Of a stretch of DNA of 64,000 bases, positions 58,817 to 64,000 are shown piece by piece; the stretch's first letter is position 1, and each line of letters starts with the position of its first letter. The DNA is from Promethearchaeota archaeon (GTDB lineage Archaea; Asgardarchaeota; Lokiarchaeia; Sigyniarchaeales; SOKP01), in assembly GCA_030599585.1 (NCBI GenBank), contig JAUVNS010000008.1, forward strand, positions 1-64,000, read 5' to 3'. Under the pieces are notes generated by a model. That model saw nothing but the letters and a program-made list of their open reading frames with translations. It was not told where the DNA came from and did not search any database. The position numbers and the translations under genes are program-made.

Positions 58817-59022
58817 AAAATTATAATTAATTCCTAATAATTTTCAGTGTCTTAATTAGGGCTATGATGACCATTAAAGCCCTTGAAAATAATCGAATCA
58901 AAGTTCGATTTTATATATTTCTTACTAACCTTCTAAAATAAGTGAAAGTTTGTTAATGATTATCTCTTATAAAATATAATCTACAAGTGGAAAAAGAAAA
59001 AATCCAACCTGAGTTGTAATAA

Positions 59023-59871
59023 ATGTTTTTTCAGACAGATACACCCCCCATTAATCATTATTTCGCAGTACCAATGTTTATTTTCTGGATAATCTTTTCA
59101 TTATTCGTTATTTTATTAATACGTAAAAAAAAGTTAAGTCGAAATGTGAGAATTGCGATTCTTGTTGTAGCCACGATTTATGCTGGCATAATTTTTGGAG
59201 GTTTTCCTAATCTTATCATGCCTTTTCAACAAGTTTTATCTACTATTGCAGTGAGAGGTGACCTCACCAAACTCTTTCCTGAAGTTTTCGCAGTATTTGT
59301 AGGTTTAATAATTACGACAATTTTCTTTGGTAGAGTTCTCTGTGGTTTTGTATGCCCTTTAGGAACACTACAGGAATTAATCTCACAAATAAATTTCAAA
59401 TCTGATGTAAAAGCTCAAGAAAAAAACAAATTTCATATTGAAACTTCTTCACAAAAAGCAAGTTTGGTACGAAGGTTTTTCCTCCTTATTTTAATACTCT
59501 TAGCGAGTATTTGGAGTATACAAATTCTACAGATATTCAATCCTAATTTAGGATTTTGGTATTTTATTAACTTTTTTACATTCACATCCATTTTCCCTTT
59601 AATCGGGTTGGTTGTAGTATCAATTATTAGTATTTTTATATATCGCCCTTTCTGTAGGTATATATGTCCCGCTGGAGCAGTTACTTCTCTTTGTAGTCGA
59701 GTTACTAGACGTAAATATCGGCGTACAAAAGATTGTGATGATTGTGGATTGTGTGAAAAGATTTGTCCAACTCAAGAAGGATCTACTAACAGTAAAAAGA
59801 ATGAATGTTATTATTGCAATCGATGCATTGACGTATGCCCTAAGGATGCTATAGAATTCTCTAAGTCTTGA
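59023..59871 (+). CDS. Membrane polyferredoxin (NapH/MauN/YccM-like 4Fe-4S-binding protein)
   Basis: GRVLCGFVCPLG, RPFCRYICPAG, CDDCGLCEKICP, CYYCNRCIDVCP; TM segments. Confidence 0.9.
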   Translation: MFFQTDTPPINHYFAVPMFIFWIIFSLFVILLIRKKKLSRNVRIAILVVATIYAGIIFGGFPNLIMPFQQVLSTIAVRGDLTKLFPEVFAVFVGLIITTIFFGRVLCGFVCPLGTLQELISQINFKSDVKAQEKNKFHIETSSQKASLVRRFFLLILILLASIWSIQILQIFNPNLGFWYFINFFTFTSIFPLIGLVVVSIISIFIYRPFCRYICPAGAVTSLCSRVTRRKYRRTKDCDDCGLCEKICPTQEGSTNSKKNECYYCNRCIDVCPKDAIEFSKS

Positions 59872-59892
59872 AAATAGAAGTGCTAAGAAGTG

Positions 59893-60116
59893 AAAAGTCC
59901 GAGAGGGGCATAAAATAATGTGGATAATTAAAGGAAGGAGATATCTTTCTCAAATATTAGACGGGAAATATTCTGATTTAAAGAAAAAATTATCCTAAAC
60001 TTATCTCTATTTTGAAAGGAAATCGCTCTTTTATACAATCTCTGAAATAGTTAAAGTAATTATTTATAGGAATTAACTCAATCAAATCTGATACGGACAT
60101 AACTTCATCGACTTCA
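59893..60116 (+). repeat. Direct repeat copy 2 (~220 bp), including a pseudo-3'-end of 58414-58701
   Basis: Encodes REGHKIMWIIKGRRYLSQILDGKYSDLKKKLS* without a start. Confidence 0.85.
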
Positions 60117-60342
60117 CTTAAGAAAAAAAAGAAGAATAGATGAAGAACTAAAGAAATAAATCACCCTAATAATGGGATACCGTTCCCATTTCAGGGACTA
60201 AGTTGATACAGAATCACATCAATTAGTAATACTCCGATATCTGAACCTGTAAATACTGGACTCCAGTTTATTTTTAATTGTAAATTGCTATTTTATAATT
60301 GTAAGAACATAAAAATAAATCAAAATGGAGAATTGAAAAATC

Positions 60343-60537
60343 ATGAATGAATTGGTAGAAAATAATGTTGAATATTATAAATTCTTGAGTGTCATTCACG
60401 AAATATCGAAAAAATCACATATTATTGCGATACAGAAAGATAGTATCAGAAAAGTTTATCAGAATTATGATTCAAAGCTATATCGATTAAAATTAGAGAA
60501 AGAAATAGCAGAACTCGACAAATTACTTGTTAAATAA
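60343..60537 (+). CDS. Small hypothetical protein
   Basis: 64-aa ORF with GGAG upstream. Confidence 0.45.
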   Translation: MNELVENNVEYYKFLSVIHEISKKSHIIAIQKDSIRKVYQNYDSKLYRLKLEKEIAELDKLLVK

Positions 60538-60679
60538 ATTACCTATTAATTTAAAATCCTTTTTTTATTATAACCCTAATCAAATAAAAAACAATTAGAG
60601 TTACTAATTAGATTAGTTGAGGGTATCTAACAGTTCCAATTTATTCCCGTTTTAATCATAGATAATAATTGAATTATTT

Positions 60680-61948
60680 TTAATTCTTGAGAGTCTTTAT
60701 CTTTAGGATTATTTTTAATACTTGAGAGTCTATTATTGATTGACAATTAAAATTTTTTAAATAATTGTAATTTTTATTAACCCATTCAAAATATTTTCTC
60801 TTTAAATCATCCCAAGAGCGAAATGTCTGCATTCCGATTTTTTTTTTTCTTATTCTACTTATTTTTCCACTAATATCAGATTGAATGTCATTCAATGGAA
60901 CAAATTCCATATTTAAATCATGACTTATTACACAATGAAATGAATATTCTAAATGACGTCTGTTAATCTTTGACCAATATTCATCAATTTTTAATGGATT
61001 CAACAAATAATATTTGATTGGCTTATCATATTCATGATATGAATCATATTCATATCTTATCAGACGAATTAATGTATGTGATGGAAATACTATCGTTTTT
61101 TCTGTATGAACATTTTTCCATTTTCTTTCTGCCCAATTCTCACCTTTATTATTAAATAAAATTTTTCCTTGAAAATGCTTATCAGAATATCTTGAACAAT
61201 TTTCACATGAATCAAACACAATTACATGAATATTTCCAAGTGAAGATTTTCGAATATAGGCGTGTTTATGTCCTTGTATATGATTTTTCATTTTTAGTTT
61301 ATTTTGGGTAGTATCAGCATCCAAGAAAATAGCATTTCTCAGATCCAGTTGTGACACTTCAGCAGAGCGGAGCACGGAATTCTTCGATGTAAGTTTTTGT
61401 TTTTTTTTTTCATTTTTTTGAAGTAAAGGACTCGTATTGACCAAATCCTTATCATTCTTTTTTAAATCAAATAAATTTTTTACTATATCAGGGGTATCAA
61501 TTGAAAATTGTCGTTTATCGGGAAAATATTCATAATCATATACAATCACATTTTTTTTTTTCATTTCCATAACATATTCATTCAATTCTAGTACATCAAA
61601 ATCACATTCTTCAATATATTCACTTAATTTTGGATTATAACCACTGTTTACCCATATTCTATAATAATTTGGATTATTTCGCAAAGCATAGTTTAATGCT
61701 TGATTAGTTCCCGAAGATTCAAAAATTACAACTTTAACTTGATTTTTTGTAGCAATTTTTAGAAATCTATCTACTTCGAGTTGTATGTAATCAAAAAATT
61801 CTTGATATCCCTCATCTTGATTTAATGGGTTAAAATTTAAACGCTTATATATCTGTTTTATATCAAATATATTTGTAATATTCATGAAATTTGTTCTTAA
61901 GAAGGTCTTTCCAGCACCTACTTCTCCAACTAAATGTATTATAATCAT
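60680..61948 (-). CDS. P-loop kinase-like domain fused to an unknown C-terminal domain
   Basis: IIHLVGEVGAGKT Walker A at the N-terminus; VVIFES Walker-B-like strand. Confidence 0.65.
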   Translation of the reverse strand: MIIIHLVGEVGAGKTFLRTNFMNITNIFDIKQIYKRLNFNPLNQDEGYQEFFDYIQLEVDRFLKIATKNQVKVVIFESSGTNQALNYALRNNPNYYRIWVNSGYNPKLSEYIEECDFDVLELNEYVMEMKKKNVIVYDYEYFPDKRQFSIDTPDIVKNLFDLKKNDKDLVNTSPLLQKNEKKKQKLTSKNSVLRSAEVSQLDLRNAIFLDADTTQNKLKMKNHIQGHKHAYIRKSSLGNIHVIVFDSCENCSRYSDKHFQGKILFNNKGENWAERKWKNVHTEKTIVFPSHTLIRLIRYEYDSYHEYDKPIKYYLLNPLKIDEYWSKINRRHLEYSFHCVISHDLNMEFVPLNDIQSDISGKISRIRKKKIGMQTFRSWDDLKRKYFEWVNKNYNYLKNFNCQSIIDSQVLKIILKIKTLKN

Positions 61949-62094
61949 TTCAAGCCCTTTAATATTTCAAATTTGATTTTTTCATTAAAAACCTTAGAGG
62001 TTTCAATTAGATAATCATCCCCTAAATCATTTTTAATTATACCAATTACTTCTTCTTTTAAAATAGCTTTTTCTTCAATTTTTTCCTTTTTTTG
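61945..62094 (-). pseudogene. 5'-truncated gene remnant translationally coupled to the P-loop gene
   Basis: QKKEKIEEKAILKEEVIGIIKNDLGDDYLIETSKVFNEKIKFEILKGLK* has no start; its TGA overlaps the next ATG (ATGA). Confidence 0.4.
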
Positions 62095-62118
62095 CTAATC
62101 TCTGTGTTTTTTGATTTA

Positions 62119-62136
62119 GTAACAATATATTGTTAC
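62119..62136. repeat. Perfect 18-bp palindrome
   Basis: GTAACAATATATTGTTAC. Confidence 0.7.
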
Positions 62137-62310
62137 ATGTGCAATTTAAAATTTAAGATAGTCTCGACTTCAATCAAATTACTACTATTTTTTCTTTTAT
62201 TAATAATTATTTAAATTTAGTTAACTCTAAATTTTTTTTACTTCAATAAAATTGTTAGTAGAAATCATACTCCTCTTCTAAATTCCTACTTTTTAAATTT
62301 AGCTTTCAAT

Positions 62311-62910
62311 TTATACCTTCTTTAATTTATTCATCACTAACTCTAAATATGATGTTCTAATCGATTCTTCCCTTTTAAAGTCAAAACTTTCTAAGAATTG
62401 AAAGAGAATGTCTTTAGCTTTCTCCACTTTATTAATTGATTCAGCTAAAATTTCGACTTCTATGAAATATTGTTCCAATATTGGCAAATAATCGATTAGA
62501 GCTTCTATCCTTGTATCTTGAAATTTGAAATCATATAGTTCTCTTTCTTTAATGACGGTGAATACTTCTTGAAATCCTAATAATTTGAGAAGATTTGCTA
62601 TATTTTCAGTTTCATTTAATTTTACTTCGATTTCTTCTCTTGTTTTGGTTGTTTTATCAATCTTTTTACCTTTATAAGTTATAAAATAATTGATTTTTTG
62701 AGCAATCAAATTATTATCTCTATTAAATTCAATAGACTTTCTTAATCTTAATGCTTCATCAGTCTGTTTAAAATCCCTTAACCCTTTTGGCATGTTAAAA
62801 TAAGTATCCTCATGATGTAAAGAGAGTTTGTATACACCATTTAAATCCTCAAACTTTTTCAGTAGAAGGTTTGGATCGGAGATTTTGACTTTAATCTCAA
62901 CTTCAATCAT
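62311..62910 (-). CDS. cyaB: Class IV adenylate cyclase / CYTH domain protein
   Basis: EVEIK (ExExK), DTYF, ALRLR, ITYKG, REEIE, KERE.Y, FIEVE, SYLEL. Confidence 0.9.
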   Translation of the reverse strand: MIEVEIKVKISDPNLLLKKFEDLNGVYKLSLHHEDTYFNMPKGLRDFKQTDEALRLRKSIEFNRDNNLIAQKINYFITYKGKKIDKTTKTREEIEVKLNETENIANLLKLLGFQEVFTVIKERELYDFKFQDTRIEALIDYLPILEQYFIEVEILAESINKVEKAKDILFQFLESFDFKREESIRTSYLELVMNKLKKV

Positions 62911-62984
62911 AATGCTAATCTTTTTTCGATTAATAACAAATATATAAAATTAATTTTTATTAGTAATAATAGTTTCACTTAGAG

Positions 62985-63959
62985 TTGATTTTTATATCTC
63001 TGAATTCTAAATCTATTCAAAAACTCGCAGAACAATTTGGATATCTACCCTATATGATTGAAAGGTATTTTCAATTCTTAGGAGAAGATCAAACTAAACA
63101 ATTATTAGAAGCAAATGAAAAGCCATTAACACCTTCAATAAGAGTTAACGCGCTTAAAATAGACAAAGAAACTTTAAGAAATAGACTGGAAAGCAAAGGA
63201 ATTAAGTTAGAATCGATTGATTGGATAAATTACGGATTCAAAATTAGAAACTCTCCTATAAATTTAGGATCGACTCACGAATATCTTCAAGGATTTTATT
63301 ATTTGCAGAGTGTTGCTCCAATGTTACCATCTTTAATTCTTAACCCTAAACCAAATGAGGTTGTGATTGATATGTGTGCTGCTCCAGGCGGAAAAGCAAC
63401 TCACTTGGCACAAATTATGAACAACGAGGGAAACTTAATATTAATAGAAAGAAATAGAAATAGGATACCTGCTCTAGAGATTAATCTTAGAAGATTGGGG
63501 GTTTCCAACTCGATTATTATCAATAAGGATGCTGTGAATCTGTCAAAAATGAATTTGAAGGCAGACAAGATTTTATTAGACGCACCGTGCACCGGAGAGG
63601 GACTGATCAGGCAAGATTCTAGTAGAAAACGGAGTAAAACCATGAAAGATATCAATAAATTAAGTAGTATTCAAAAAAAATTACTGAAAAATGGTTTAAA
63701 TTCCTTAAATCCAGGAGGACAACTATTATACAGTACCTGTTCGATCGCGCCAGAAGAAAACGAATTAGTTATAGATGATGTGTTAAAAGATAATTCAGAT
63801 TTCGCCATTGTTAAGATACCCGGTAATTACGGCGTGAAAGGAATAATAGATGTTTACAATAAAACGCTCAGAGAAGATATAAAATATTCTCAGAGATTAT
63901 ATCCGCACTTACATAATACAATTGGTTTTTTTATTAGTTTAATTCAAAAAGTCAAGTAA
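62985..63959 (+). CDS. NOL1/NOP2/Sun-family RNA m5C methyltransferase
   Basis: DMCAAPGGK, DAPC (motif IV), YSTCS...ENE (motif VI), GFF. Confidence 0.93.
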   Translation: MIFISLNSKSIQKLAEQFGYLPYMIERYFQFLGEDQTKQLLEANEKPLTPSIRVNALKIDKETLRNRLESKGIKLESIDWINYGFKIRNSPINLGSTHEYLQGFYYLQSVAPMLPSLILNPKPNEVVIDMCAAPGGKATHLAQIMNNEGNLILIERNRNRIPALEINLRRLGVSNSIIINKDAVNLSKMNLKADKILLDAPCTGEGLIRQDSSRKRSKTMKDINKLSSIQKKLLKNGLNSLNPGGQLLYSTCSIAPEENELVIDDVLKDNSDFAIVKIPGNYGVKGIIDVYNKTLREDIKYSQRLYPHLHNTIGFFISLIQKVK

Positions 63960-64000
63960 AATTCACGAATAAATTGAATCCGAGATTCTTTATTGTCTTT

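Noticed and set aside
60171-60267. Short dyads (AATGGGA-N6-TCCCATT; ACTGGA-C-TCCAGT) and a broken minus-strand reading frame
   Set aside because: Too short or degraded to assign a function
1022-63655. Numerous short ORFs in the track that overlap longer genes (e.g. 1022-1303, 2692-2901, 8961-9368, 18471-18983, 33523-33912, 42000-42341, 46303-46668, 47316-47576, 63401-63655)
   Set aside because: Antisense or alternate-frame shadows of well-supported genes, with no motifs of their own
1-64000. tRNA, rRNA, CRISPR array, transposase or integrase
   Set aside because: No intergenic T-arm/cloverleaf, regularly spaced repeats or recombinase/transposase motifs found by eye; a tRNAscan or CRISPR scan would confirm

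Overview
AT-rich archaeal chromosomal window, very probably from a Lokiarchaeia-type Asgard archaeon. This is an inference from the archaeal uS10, archaeal 7S SRP RNA, a longin-fold protein, a stand-alone RING finger and a HEAT+LRR protein. Contents in order: a nitrogen-assimilation neighbourhood (FMN glutamate synthase-like gene, guaA, two divergent glutamate dehydrogenases); a patch of small eukaryote-like proteins; a Bud23/WBSCR22-like rRNA methyltransferase next to an isolated uS10 gene; the SRP RNA gene (minus strand, ~27.0-27.3 kb, not in the ORF track); an anaerobic catabolic region (tandem Ldh2 dehydrogenases, phytoene-desaturase-like oxidoreductase plus ferredoxin reductase, GH29 fucosidase, radical SAM protein, two QueG/RdhA-like corrinoid Fe-S proteins flanking a sulfatase, an LctBCD-like dehydrogenase/ETF operon with mtnA); sugar and glycogen genes; and a small rearranged accessory segment (~58.6-62.2 kb) with a ~220-bp direct repeat and gene remnants. 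No tRNA, rRNA, CRISPR array or intact transposase was seen. All family assignments come from motif recognition by eye, not database searches.
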